A DNA stretch of 60,950 nucleotides, counting the filler. It is 6 parts of 6 records of this genome, joined end to end, with 100 filler letters (N's around TTAATTAATTAA, not from the genome) between each part and the next. Parts side by side here need not be neighbours in the genome. Positions count along the whole stretch, not along the records: positions 1 to 11,085 come from SRR31147125_928; positions 11,186 to 25,593 come from SRR31147125_932; 4 more parts are not named here. One strand, written 5' to 3'. A program made the position numbers and the translations under genes. This document shows, piece after piece, positions 1 through 11,202 of this stretch. Each line of letters opens with the position of its first letter. Positions within the stretch are counted from its first letter, which is position 1. Under the pieces are notes generated by a model. The model did not search any database and was not told the DNA's origin. It saw nothing but the letters and a program-made list of their open reading frames with translations.

Positions 1-2406
1 TTTTTTCTATCAAAAATACTTCCATTTCTGGTGTCGCATCCGCTCTAAAAAGCCCCAACCTTGCGTAAGTAGTCTTTGGTACGCTATCAATAAGCTCAAA
101 GTTTTCAGAAAGTGCATATCCTAGCCCCATAATTATTCCGCCCTCAATTTGACCTTCGCAAGAAGTTTTACTGATGACGTTTCCTACATCATGTGCGGCA
201 TATATCTTTTCTATTTTTCCATCATCAGATAAAACAACCATATGAACAGCATAACCATAAGCCACGTGACTGACTGGGTTTTTCTTTGTAGATGTAATAG
301 GGTCAGAATCAAAAGAATACTCGCCTTGATACTCAAAGCCTTCAAGTTGTTTTAAAGACTTAGTTTCCATTTCTTCTTTTAGCTTAAGGCAAGCAACCCT
401 AACAGCTTCGCCTGTAAAAACAGTTTGTCTTGATGCGGTTGTTGTTCCAGAGTTTGGTGTTCTAACGGTGTTTGGTTGTTCGATCACTATTAAATGAGGT
501 TCAACCTCAAGCGTTTGACATGCGACTTTTAAGATAACAACATCAAGCCCTTGACCAATCCTTGCAGCACCAGTTCTTATATGTACTTTTCCATCTTCAA
601 CGCTGATCTTACATCGCCCAACATCAGGTACACCAACGCCGAGACCACTGTTCTTCATAGCACAAGCAACACCTATATTCTTATGTTTTTTATAATAAGG
701 TTCTAATTTTTCTAAACACTCATAAAGTGCAGTTCCGCTATCGGCAATTTGGCCATTCGGTAACACTTGATTTGGTCTAATAGCGTTTAACTTTCTTATT
801 TCGAAATCAGAAATACCAACTTTTTCTGCCAAAAGATTCAGGTTAGATTCCATAGCAAAAACTGACTGAGTAACCCCAAACCCTCTAAAGGCTCCTGCTG
901 GTACATTATTTGTATAAACAGCAGTACCCTTGATATCTATATTTTGAAAATTATAAGGTCCTGCAGCATGAGTACATGCTCTTTGTAATACTGGACCTCC
1001 AAGTGATGCGTAAGCTCCTGTATCCGATATAATATCTGCTTTTACTGCTGTAAGTTTTCCGTTTTTATCACAAGCGGTTGTCATTTCAATTTTCATAGCA
1101 TGACGTTTTGGGTGAATATTGATGCTCTCTTGTCTTGAAAACTTAACCTTTACGCACCTGCCGGTTATATATGCGCAAAGTGCGGCATGGTGTTGTACTA
1201 CCATATCTTCTTTTCCGCCAAATCCGCCGCCAACTGTCATAGATTCTATATCAATCATGCTTTCATCGATTCCTAAAACAGGAGCAATCTCATGTCTTTC
1301 ATCATATATGTTTTGGCTTGCAGTAATCAGTTTTAATCTTTTATCCTGCATATAGCCAATCGCACATTCTGGTTCCATAAATGCGTGCTCTGTAAAAGGT
1401 GTTGTATATGTTTTTTTAACCACATAGTCAGAATCCTCAATCACTTGTCTGGCATCTTTTCCTCTTTTTATCTGTTGAACAGAAAGCACATTGCCATTTT
1501 CGTGTATTTTTGGTGCATCGTCTTTTAAAGATTCTTGTGGATTAGTAAGTGGTTTTAAAACCTCGTATTTTACATCAACTAAATCACATATCTCATCTAG
1601 GCTCTGCTTGCTTTGTGAAACAACTAAAGCAACGGCATCGCCTACATATCTTGTAATATCACCTTTAGCTATAAGCACATCCCAATCTTTTACAATATGA
1701 CCGCACTTGTTTTTACCAGGAATATCACTTGCCAAAATAACTTTGATACAGTCCGAGTGCTGCTCAGCCTCTTTTATATCAATATCTAAAACTTTTGCTC
1801 TTGGGTATTTTGGTCTTAAAGCTTTTGCATAAACCATTCCGTCAAAAACAATATCATCAACGTATTTAGCATCACCCAAAACCTTGTCTTTGGCATCAGG
1901 TCTTACAATATCATCTTTAATAAGTGCAGATGTATAATTAAAATCAACGTCTATATCCTCTCTAAAATACTTAGCACACATCATTACAGCTTCGAATATC
2001 TTTTTATAGCCTGTACACCTACATATATTTCCCTTAAGTGCTTTTTTAATATCATCTAAAGTAGGGTTAAGGTTTTTATCCAAAAGAGCCTTGGCACTTA
2101 TAACCATACCAGGTATACAAAAACCACACTGAACTGCACCAGCTTTAGCAAAACAAAAGGAGTATACATCTTTTTCTCTTTGACTAAGCCCCTCAACGGT
2201 AATAATATCTTTGCCGTTTAAGTTTTTAAGCTTTTGAGTACAAGCCCTTTTGAAACACCATCAATCAAAACAGAACACGTTCCGCAAGCACCAGAACTGC
2301 AACCATCCTTAACTGATGTTATTTTTAAATCTTCACGTAAAAAATCAAGCAAATTTTTTTCTTGATCTGTATTTACTTTGTTGCCATTAACTAAAAATTC
2401 AACCAT
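1..2406 (-). CDS. xdh: Molybdenum hydroxylase, selenium-dependent xanthine dehydrogenase type (2Fe-2S + Mo domains fused); runs off the window; homopolymer frameshift near 2250
   Basis: Manual minus-strand translation: GCSSGACGTC, then after restoring one A in TCAAAAGG: KRACTQK..ITVEGL, QCGFCIPG, GNICRCTGY, EHAFMEP, VGGGFGGKED, AGAFRGFGVTQ. Confidence 0.85.
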
Positions 2407-2417
2407 GCTGTTTACCT

Positions 2418-3596
2418 CTATAAAATGTTATTTATGTGCTTTGCAAAATCAAGAATTTTTTTTGCCTGAATAATATTTGATTTATTATTAAGAACAAATT
2501 CTTGGGCTTTTTCTCCAAAGCTTTTAAGCTCACTCGCTTCTTTATTTAAAATTTCTTTTAGCATCTTGGCCATACCATCTGCTGTTTGATCTTGTAGTAT
2601 AAATGCAAAATCATCATATTCATCAGGAATAGATTCAAGCTTACAAATCATAGTTGGCGTACTGGATGCAATGTATTCCATATTTTTTGATGGAAAGGAG
2701 TATTTAGAAAACTCATGCTCGTTGGTCCTAGGGTTTATAAGCAAAGAGCTTTTTTGTTGCTCACATATTACATACTCATTTGGTTTAAGACCAAAGTATT
2801 TTATATTCTTGTGTTTTTCACATATTTTTAAAAGCTTGTCTACGTAATCGCCCTTACCATATATATGAAGCTCGCTATCCTTAACGTCGGCTTTAATAAA
2901 GGCATTAACCATCATAGCAACACCATATTTTTTATAGATCATACCAGCATAATGACAAACTTTTTTATCATACTTGTTATGATTTTTGCTGAGTGTTTTT
3001 TTAATATCACTATCAACGCAACCTTCAATAATAATATATTCCTTATTTTTAATATGGACCCTTTGCTTCATTGCTTCGGCTAGAAAAACATAAGAATCGC
3101 ATCTGTTTATGATATATTTATGAATGCTACATTTTATTTTCTGCTTTAAACTATTGCTCGTCATAAGATGTTCTGGCAGATCAGTCAAAATACCAACACA
3201 TTTTTTCTTTTTTAGTTTCGATGCTAAAATTGCAGCAAAGCTAGTCGTCATACTCATAAGGTTAATAACAATATAAGAATGTTCGTTGCTTAAAAAGTTT
3301 TTACAATAATTAAAAGTCTTTTTAAAAAGCTGTATATATTTTTTAATGCCATTACCTTTTAAATAAGGGTAAACATATTTCAAGTCTTTTTCATTTTCAT
3401 ACAACATATCCAGCTTATCGCTGTCTAAGTTATTTAAGGTTAAAAAACTATAAACTTGTGTATCATAAAGTTTTGAAAAACCCCTTGCAAATAGTCTATC
3501 AAACTTATTTGCCTGTAATCCAATATCATATTTCTTAGATATTTTTTCAAACCTTTTTTCGCTTATAAGCGAAGATACATATAATATTTTTTCCAT
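2418..3596 (-). CDS. Glycosyltransferase family 4
   Basis: 392-aa ORF with YAGMIYKKYGV, LHIYGKG, LLINPR..YSFPSKNMEY GT-B motifs. Confidence 0.85.
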   Translation of the reverse strand: MEKILYVSSLISEKRFEKISKKYDIGLQANKFDRLFARGFSKLYDTQVYSFLTLNNLDSDKLDMLYENEKDLKYVYPYLKGNGIKKYIQLFKKTFNYCKNFLSNEHSYIVINLMSMTTSFAAILASKLKKKKCVGILTDLPEHLMTSNSLKQKIKCSIHKYIINRCDSYVFLAEAMKQRVHIKNKEYIIIEGCVDSDIKKTLSKNHNKYDKKVCHYAGMIYKKYGVAMMVNAFIKADVKDSELHIYGKGDYVDKLLKICEKHKNIKYFGLKPNEYVICEQQKSSLLINPRTNEHEFSKYSFPSKNMEYIASSTPTMICKLESIPDEYDDFAFILQDQTADGMAKMLKEILNKEASELKSFGEKAQEFVLNNKSNIIQAKKILDFAKHINNIL

Positions 3597-3604
3597 ATGG
3601 ATAC

Positions 3605-3634
3605 ATTATACTGCTTTATCAATTTACGTGTCAA
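3605..3634 (-). promoter_or_regulatory. SigA-type promoter for the GT4/xdh transcript
   Basis: Minus strand TTGACA-18nt-TATAAT, ending 8 nt before the ATG at 3596. Confidence 0.6.
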
Positions 3635-3792
3635 TTAATTGATAGATTGCTTGTAATTAAAAAGAATAAATAATCTTTAAGTTTATTATCTGTAGTCACT
3701 TGTTGTTATATAAGTTTATTTAACTTATACTAATTATAAGATTATGTTATAATTTTTAACGTAATGATTAACTAAAGAAGGCAAAATTTTAT

Positions 3793-4997
3793 ATGAAAAA
3801 AATAGTTATGATAAATTCTGTTTTTGACAGAGGCAGTACAGGAAAGATAGTAAAACATTTAGCCGAAAAAGCTATGGAGAACAATTTTGATGTTCGAGTG
3901 TTTTTTGGTTATGGAAAGTCAAATGAAAAATATGCAACACCCATAGCATCAAATTTATATACAAAGATAAACATATTAAAAACAAGACTTTTTGGAAAAC
4001 ATGCATTTTATTCTAAAGCGGCTAACAAAAAACTAGTGAAGTGGATAGAGGATTTTAATCCAGATATCGTGCATATCCAACAAATTCACGGACACTATTT
4101 AAATGTATCTGTTTTGTTTGCTTATTTAAAAGAAAAAAACATACCCGTAATTGTAACGCTTCATGATTGCTGGATGTTTACAGGACATTGTGTACATTTT
4201 GAAACCGCAAACTGCTATAAATGGCAAAGCGGTTGTTTTAAATGTCCTCAGCTAAAAACATATCCTACTTCTTGGTTTTTTGATAGATCTAAGATAAACT
4301 ATAGTTTAAAAAAGAGATATTTTAATTTGATAGATCATTTAACTTTGATAACACCATCTATATGGTTGAAAGATCATCTTTCCAAATCGTTCTTATCAAA
4401 AAAAGATATAAGAGTCATTAACAACGGAATCGATTTGGATATTTTTAAACCGAAAAAAGATAAAAGTAAAAAAATAAGCTTTGTATAAAAGACGAGTTTG
4501 TTATACTCGGCATGGGTAAAAAATGGATTCAGCATGGGAAGGAAATCAACACAATTTTGGATAACTTAAGTATAGATTACAAGATTGTGCTTTTGGATAT
4601 TAAAGAATGGCTTGAGCCAAATGAGAATATTATATGTGTAAGCCGAATATTTGACCAAAGTGAACTTGCAAAGTATTACAGCATGGCGGATGTTTTTGTG
4701 AATCTTACTTTAGAGGATACGTTCCCTACAGTTAACTTAGAATCCTTGGCATGTGGAACACCAATAGTTACTTTTGATTCTGGTGGAAGCAGCGAGATAA
4801 TTGATGAAAAAAGCGGAATAGTTGTTGATAAACTTGATTTTAAGAATATAGCAATAGCAATTGAATCGATAAAATATAGTGATATAGACTATAAGAAAAA
4901 TTGTCAGAATAGAGCGCAAGAGCTCTTTGACAAGGAAAAATGTTTTATGCAGTATATGAGCTTGTACAATGAGGTTTTGGAGGATGAAAGAAAATGA
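3793..4997 (+). CDS. Glycosyltransferase family 4 (split by frameshift in A-run near 4470)
   Basis: GSTGKI, PDIVHIQQIHG, TLHDCWMFTGHC in the first ORF; EDTFPTVNLESLACGTP in the second; adding one A joins them (KNKLCIKDEFVILGMG). Confidence 0.85.
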
Positions 4998-6144
4998 AAG
5001 TAGTAATGCTATCTAATTTTTACAACGCACATCAACATAGCTTAAGCCAAGAGATTTTCAAAAATCTTGGGGACGCTTATGTTTTTGTACAAACAACTCC
5101 AATGCTTGAAGAGCAAAACAATATGAAATATACAAAGTTTAAGGGCTTAAGTTATATAAAAGATTTATATAGTGATAAAGAAACTGATCATAGTGTTTTA
5201 AAACTGATTGAAAATTGCGATATCCTTATCAGTGGAGGATATAATGACTTTGTTTATAAAAGAATAAAGCAAAAAAAGATCACATTTATATTTACAGAAA
5301 GACTTTTTAAAGACAGTATTAAACCTGTGTTTAAACCAAAAAGGTTTATAGAATATATAAAACGTGCATGGAATTACAATACAAAAAACAATATCTATAC
5401 TCTTTGTGCTTCTTCCTATCTTTCTTATGATTTAACAAGAATATGGCATAAACATAAAAACATGCTTAAGTTTGGGTATTTTCCTTTTACAGATTATAAG
5501 ATAGAAAAAGAGAAAGCAAAGATGTCTTTACAATTACTTGGTGTGGGAGGATGATTCCTTATAAAAGACCGTTTCATATCATTGAGATGGCAAAAGAGCT
5601 AAAAAAACAAAAACTTAGCTTTCATATAGATATGATGGGTGATGGAATTTTAAGAGATTCGCTTTTAAAAATGATAGATGAATTGTCGCTTTCTTCTTAT
5701 ATAACTTTGCATAAGCCAATACCTCAAGAGCAGATACTGCAAAAACTTGCCGACAGCGATGTTGTTGTCCAATGCAGTAACTATGAAGAAGGCTGGGGTG
5801 CTGTTGTTAACGAAACTATGTCTGTTGGGTCTTGTATTGTAGCAAGTTCTGGTATGGGGAGTGCACCTTTTTTGATTAAAAATGGCGTAAACGGATATAT
5901 CTATAAATCAGATGATGTAGCTCAACTAACAACTATTGTTAAAAATCTGATATTAAATCCTAGTCAAGTGGAAGAGATTGGGGTAAACGCAAAATCTACA
6001 ATCGATACACTTTGGAACGGCAAGGTAGCAGGGAGTAGGTTGGTTAAAGTTTTTAAATGTGCTATGGAAAATAAGGCGATAGAATATTATAAAGATGGTC
6101 CTTGTAGTTTTGCTGAAATAATAAAGAATAACGATGTTTTTTAA
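4994..6144 (+). CDS. Glycosyltransferase family 4 (split by frameshift near 5505-5520)
   Basis: Joined frame gives FTITWCGRMIPYKRP..EEGWGAVVNETM; paralogous to 6510-7689. Confidence 0.85.
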
Positions 6145-6250
6145 TAATTTGTATTAAATATGTAAAACAAAAATTGCATATATTCGATAATTATAGACAA
6201 ATTTTGCTATATAGATTATAATGATTATATTATTTTTAATGGAGGAAACT

Positions 6251-6436
6251 ATGAGATTATCACAACCAAAGAAAAATGTTTTTAACATCACATTGATTGC
6301 AGGGGCTTTAGGTCTTATTGTATTTATTGTATCGTTTTTTGCTTTTGCACCAGCATTCGTTGGAATTATTGCTTTTGTATTAATGCTATGTGCTTTTGGC
6401 CTACTTGCAGCAGCATGTGCTTTTAAAGGTATCTAA
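6251..6436 (+). CDS. Small two-TM membrane protein, unknown function
   Basis: GGAGG RBS before ATG 6251; two hydrophobic segments; followed by a terminator. Confidence 0.6.
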   Translation: MRLSQPKKNVFNITLIAGALGLIVFIVSFFAFAPAFVGIIAFVLMLCAFGLLAAACAFKGI

Positions 6437-6452
6437 TTAAAAAAAGTAAATT

Positions 6453-6478
6453 AAAACCGCTGTTATAGCGGTTTTTTT
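6453..6478. terminator. Bidirectional intrinsic terminator
   Basis: AAAACCGCT-gttat-AGCGGTTTTTTT between convergent genes. Confidence 0.8.
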
Positions 6479-6509
6479 ATATCTTATAATACCTAAATAT
6501 TAAAAACGA

Positions 6510-7689
6510 TTAGAGATTCTTTTTAATAAGCCTTTTATACATTCCTCGTCTTGGTGTGATTTTTGCTTTACTGCAAGGTCCAAAAAGCTTATGGTTTTTT
6601 CCTAAAAACAAATTTTCCAAAAGCTTATATAAATTATCAGCCGCCGTTCTAGCGTTCCATTTTTCGCTTATTGTCCTATATGCTTCTCTGCCAAGCTTTT
6701 TTCTAAGGTTTTTATCATCCATAAGTTTTAATATATTGATATACAAACTATCAAAACTGTTCATATCATAAACAAGTCCATTTTGCATATGGTCTATCAT
6801 AAAACCTGTGCATCCAGGCCCTTGGCTTACTACGGTTGCACAACCACTGTTCATGGCTTCATTAACAACAGCACCCCAACCTTCTCTGTGGTCACTGTTA
6901 AACATAAATATATCCGATTGCTCCATATTTTCTCTAACCTTATCCGGTGACATATTGCCTAAAAACTCTACGTAATTGGTTAGCTTGTTATCACTAACGT
7001 AGGTTTTCATATAGTCTTCACGTTCCCCACTTCCAATTATTTTTACTACAAAATTGTATCCATCTTGTCTTAAATTATTTGCAGTTTTTAAAAGCATCTC
7101 TGGATGTTTTAATTCTAAAAATCTACCCACCCAAATTATCTGTATATAATCTTTTTGCTTTTTGAATAAGCTGGTCAATATCATATTCAATAAATTTAGG
7201 GAAGTACCCCCATTTATATGTTTTTCCTATATATGATAAAAATGTTGCATAATCGCTTGCTGTATAGCATCCGTTGCATAACATATATACTTTCTTTAAC
7301 ATCAAACGCGTATGGCTCTTAAATTTAAATAGAAGCGATTTTGGAGTAAATTGTCTCCATACTTGTTCACGTAAAAAAGGTTCAGAATATCTTATAACAG
7401 GAAGGTTTTTCTTAAAACGATTATTTAATAAAGAATCAGGAGCAGCGCCGAATATAACGTAATCTATACTGTCGATAATATCTTTTGCTCTTTGCATCTC
7501 CTCTTTAGAGTTATAAGAACAAACAAGATAAGAATATTTATTTTGAAACTCCTTGTAGCCCATATCCAATCTTTCTTGGTTAACAGCTTCTGTTTGGATA
7601 AAATAAAACTCATCACAAAGAGAGCTCATCCTATCGCAAAATGGTATTTGATGATGGTTTAAAAAGTTAGATACAAACGCTACTTTCAT
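6510..7689 (-). CDS. Glycosyltransferase family 4 (split by frameshift near 7160)
   Basis: MKVAFVSNFLNHHQ..., IIWVGRFLELKHP, EGWGAVVNEAMNSGC. Confidence 0.85.
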
Positions 7690-7810
7690 AGTACACTCCA
7701 AAGCTAAAAAAATAAAAACCGCATACGTATAGTAACCGTACAAATATAACATTATCACCTAAGTTTTCTATAGTCAAGCAAGAGAAGTACAAGAGGAAAA
7801 ACAAAATAAA

Positions 7811-7875
7811 TGGTTTTATATAAAACTACTTGACAAGAGTATAATAGTATAGTATTTTAGTTTTATATAAAATTA
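7811..7875 (+). promoter_or_regulatory. SigA promoter flanked by two near-palindromic candidate MarR operators
   Basis: TGGTTTTATATAAAACTA (7811-7828) and TAGTTTTATATAAAATTA (7858-7875) flank TTGACA(7830)-17-TATTTT(7853). Confidence 0.65.
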
Positions 7876-7897
7876 GTTATGAATTAAAGGAAAGTCT

Positions 7898-8338
7898 ATG
7901 ATAAAAGAAGAAGTACCAAATAAGATAAGTGAATTTAGACATTTATATAAGTCGATTATTTCCGAAAAATTAAAAGAAAAAGGGATAGACGACCTTGATA
8001 CTTGTTATGGTCATATAATCTTTAATCTCTTAAAGCGTAAAAAATTAACAATGAAACAGTTATCTAAAAATGTGAATCGCGACAAATCTACAATTACTGT
8101 TTTGGTTAGAAACTTAGAGAAAAAGAATTATGTAGAAAAAATCGAAAATCCGAAAGACCAAAGAAGCAAGTTTATAGTTTTAACTGAAAAAGGAAAGGGT
8201 TTAGAAAATGTATTTTTTGACATATCTAAATCGGTTGTTGAAACGATGTGGAAAGATATTGATAAGCAAAGCCAAGAAGAATTTATGGCAGTATTGGATA
8301 AACTCAGCGATAATTTGACCGAAAGTATAAGCAAATAA
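7898..8338 (+). CDS. MarR family transcriptional regulator
   Basis: DKSTITVLVRNLEKKNYVEK..DQRSKFIVLTEKG winged-helix motif. Confidence 0.9.
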   Translation: MIKEEVPNKISEFRHLYKSIISEKLKEKGIDDLDTCYGHIIFNLLKRKKLTMKQLSKNVNRDKSTITVLVRNLEKKNYVEKIENPKDQRSKFIVLTEKGKGLENVFFDISKSVVETMWKDIDKQSQEEFMAVLDKLSDNLTESISK

Positions 8339-8399
8339 ATCACTTAGATTTATTGCTTTTAAATAATATATTTAATATCTAAAAAAGGAGAAAACAAAA

Positions 8400-9203
8400 A
8401 TGAAGAGACTTATTATACTAGTAGTAGTTATAATATTTGCATTTAGCTTTGCTTCATGCTCAAAAAAAGAGGCATCAGGCGACGAGGTTTTGAAAGTTGG
8501 TATGGAGCTTAAATGGCCGCCTTTTGAAACAACAGATGAGCAAGGGAACGCAACTGGAATAAGTGTTATGCTAGCAGAAGAACTTGGTAGTTATCTTGGA
8601 ATGCAAGTAGAGATAGTAGATTTACCATTCGGTTCACTAATATCTGCCCTTGAAACAGAAAAAATCGATGTAATAATCGGCTCTATGGGTATTACAGAAG
8701 ATCGAAAGCAAAAAATCGATTTTTCAGATCCTTATAACTATTTTAAAATACTATCAGTTGTTAATAATGAAAGTGGAATTACTGATATGAAGGTTATGTA
8801 TGAAAAAGAGGGCGTTAGATTTGTTGCTCCTAAGAGTTTTTCTACACTTGATATTGCGAGAGAAAAAGCAAATAATCCACAGATTATTGAATTTGATGAT
8901 AAAGCAACAGCTGTGTTTGAGCTTGCAAACGGTAACGCAGATGTATTTATGGTAGATGCAGCATCGGCTATCAGCATACAAAAATCGTACCCAGATGTAC
9001 TTAGCGTAATATACGAACCAGCAGAGGTTTCGCCAATAGGCATGGGCGTTAGAAAAGGTGATGATGAGCTTTTAGCAAAGTTAAATGAGTTTATTGCAAA
9101 GCGTGATGAGCTTGGGGTTAATCAAAGAATTGCGGACGAATATGACAAAAAGTTAAAAGAAATTGTTGGAAAAGGTTTGGATTTTTATCTATATGAAGAT
9201 TAA
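8400..9203 (+). CDS. Polar amino-acid ABC transporter substrate-binding lipoprotein
   Basis: Lipobox FASC; LKVGMELKWPPFE, ITEDRKQKIDFSDPY (SBP family 3). Confidence 0.9.
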   Translation: MKRLIILVVVIIFAFSFASCSKKEASGDEVLKVGMELKWPPFETTDEQGNATGISVMLAEELGSYLGMQVEIVDLPFGSLISALETEKIDVIIGSMGITEDRKQKIDFSDPYNYFKILSVVNNESGITDMKVMYEKEGVRFVAPKSFSTLDIAREKANNPQIIEFDDKATAVFELANGNADVFMVDAASAISIQKSYPDVLSVIYEPAEVSPIGMGVRKGDDELLAKLNEFIAKRDELGVNQRIADEYDKKLKEIVGKGLDFYLYED

Positions 9204-9928
9204 AAAAATAATTCAATATATATTGTCGGTTGCGACAATATTGCTTGCGGTGTATTTAGTTATAATAAATACACCCAGCTATTCATTTAAATTTAGCATA
9301 TATATACCGTATTTTAAATTTATTATGTCGGGCTTTGGATGGACAGTGCTTATTAGTTTGCTGATATTTTTTTAAGCCTTATTTTAGGGTTGTTTATGTT
9401 TTGGCTGGGAAACGGTAAAAACGCATATCTTAGGTATCTCAATAATCATATTTCTATGGGAATGTTTGGATCACCAATGCTTGTTGTGGTCATTGTGTTT
9501 TATTTTTTGTAGGCACGGCTCTTAATATGGATTCAAAACTCATACTGGGTATAGCGGCGCTTACAATATATTTTTCACCATTTATGATGAAGCTTTATAT
9601 AAGCGCGTACGATGCCATAGATAAAAATCAATTTATCGTGTGTGATGTTTTTGGTTTTTCAAAGTATCATATGTATAGATATATCATTTTACCTCAAATG
9701 GCAAGAATAATGTTGCCACCGCTTTCGGCAAACTTAGCAACAATTATTAAAAGCTCATCGCTCCTATACTTAATAGGATTTAACGAGCTCTACTATAATA
9801 TAACAACAATCCAAGCAAAGACTTTTGCGTATACAGAAGGGTATATTATAATGATGGCCTTGTACCTAATTATAACAGTTCCGCTTATAAAACTTACCGA
9901 TTATCTTGAAAAAAGGATAAAGGTTTAA
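9193..9928 (+). CDS. Amino-acid ABC permease (two frameshifts in T-runs near 9370 and 9505)
   Basis: GFGWTVLISL, GSPMLV, YIILPQMARIMLPPL..IIKSSSLL across three frames. Confidence 0.8.
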
Positions 9929-10015
9929 AACTTAACCATTTTGCATTTAGTAGATATTAAAACACTAGTTTTTTAGTAGCCATTGCATAAGAAAAGCAAA
10001 AGGATGGGCGTAAAT

Positions 10016-10729
10016 ATGAATATAGAATTAAAAAACGTAATTAAAAAATATGATAGTGAAACAGTATTAAATGATATCACTTTTTCACTAAAAGATGTTG
10101 AAGCAGTAAGTGTTATTGGCATGAGTGGCTGTGGAAAATCTACTCTTTTAAGACTCTTAAGTGGGATAGAAAAGTTTGATTCTGGAGAAATTAGCATTGA
10201 TGATATGGATATATATTCAAGAGCTTATAAAGATAAAATTGGTTTTGTGTTTCAAGCTCCAAGCTTATTTCCTCATCTTACAATGCAAGATAACATAGTA
10301 CTTATTTTAGAAAAAGTAAAAAAGATAGAAAAAAACGATGCAGTAGAAAAAACAGCAAACCTATTAAAACAATTTGGTCTTTATGAACACAAGGATAAAT
10401 ATCCGCATATGCTAAGCGGAGGACAACAACAAAGGGCGTGTATAGTAAGGTCTTTGGCTGTGGATGCTGATATATTCTTTTTTGATGAACCAACATCAGC
10501 CCTTGATCCAATATTAACATCGGAAGTTTTAGACCTTGTTAAAAAACTAAGGGATATGGGTAAAAAGTTTGTTGTAGTGACTCATCATATAGGATTTGCA
10601 AGGACTGCATCAGACTATGTGCTTTATATGAATGAAGGAAAAATAGTAGAGCACGGAAACCCAGATATCTTGGACAATCCAAAAAGCCATGAGCTTAAGG
10701 AGTTTTTATCCAAGGTTTTAAAGTGGTAA
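10016..10729 (+). CDS. Amino-acid ABC transporter ATP-binding protein
   Basis: Walker A GMSGCGKST, LSGGQQQR, FFDEPTSALDP. Confidence 0.92.
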   Translation: MNIELKNVIKKYDSETVLNDITFSLKDVEAVSVIGMSGCGKSTLLRLLSGIEKFDSGEISIDDMDIYSRAYKDKIGFVFQAPSLFPHLTMQDNIVLILEKVKKIEKNDAVEKTANLLKQFGLYEHKDKYPHMLSGGQQQRACIVRSLAVDADIFFFDEPTSALDPILTSEVLDLVKKLRDMGKKFVVVTHHIGFARTASDYVLYMNEGKIVEHGNPDILDNPKSHELKEFLSKVLKW

Positions 10730-10771
10730 AAAGGACAGGCAATAAAAAATATATACATACTTTTTTGAATC

Positions 10772-10813
10772 AAAAAAGACAGGATAAGCGCCTTTGCAAA
10801 CCCTGCCTTTTTT
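10772..10813 (-). terminator. Intrinsic terminator (probably bidirectional)
   Basis: Minus strand AAAAAAGGCAGG...CCTGTCTTTTTT between convergent genes. Confidence 0.6.
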
Positions 10814-10853
10814 ATATTATATCAAATTTGAATTGATAACTCATTATGTATAC

Positions 10854-11085
10854 TTAGAAGAACATACCAAATAGGTTGAACTTACTAAAGATAGCAACGC
10901 CGATTAGAGAAACAGTAGCCATTATTTTGATTAAGATATCAAGTGATGGACCAACAGTATCTTTTAGTGGATCACCAACTGTGTCACCAACAACTGTTGC
11001 AGCGTGAGTTGGAGAACCTTTTTCGTGTCCTTCAATTTCACCAGCTTCAACAAGCTTTTTAGCGTTATCCCATGCACCACCAGCG
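10854..11085 (-). CDS. hppA: Membrane Na+/H+-translocating pyrophosphatase, C-terminal fragment at contig edge
   Basis: Translation [15 protein letters not shown]...[23 protein letters not shown]. Confidence 0.92.
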
Positions 11086-11185
11086 NNNNNNNNNNNNNNN
11101 NNNNNNNNNNNNNNNNNNNNNNNNNNNNNTTAATTAATTAANNNNNNNNNNNNNNNNNNNNNNNNNNNNNNNNNNNNNNNNNNNN
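11086..11185. other. Artificial contig spacer
   Basis: N-run with central TTAATTAATTAA (stop codons in all six frames). Confidence 0.98.
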
Positions 11186-11202
11186 TTTTTCACGACTATC
11201 AC

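Noticed and set aside
1..2406. Selenocysteine recoding or programmed frameshift in xdh
   Set aside because: The break is a missing A in a homopolymer, not an in-frame TGA; no in-frame TGA was seen in the segments I translated
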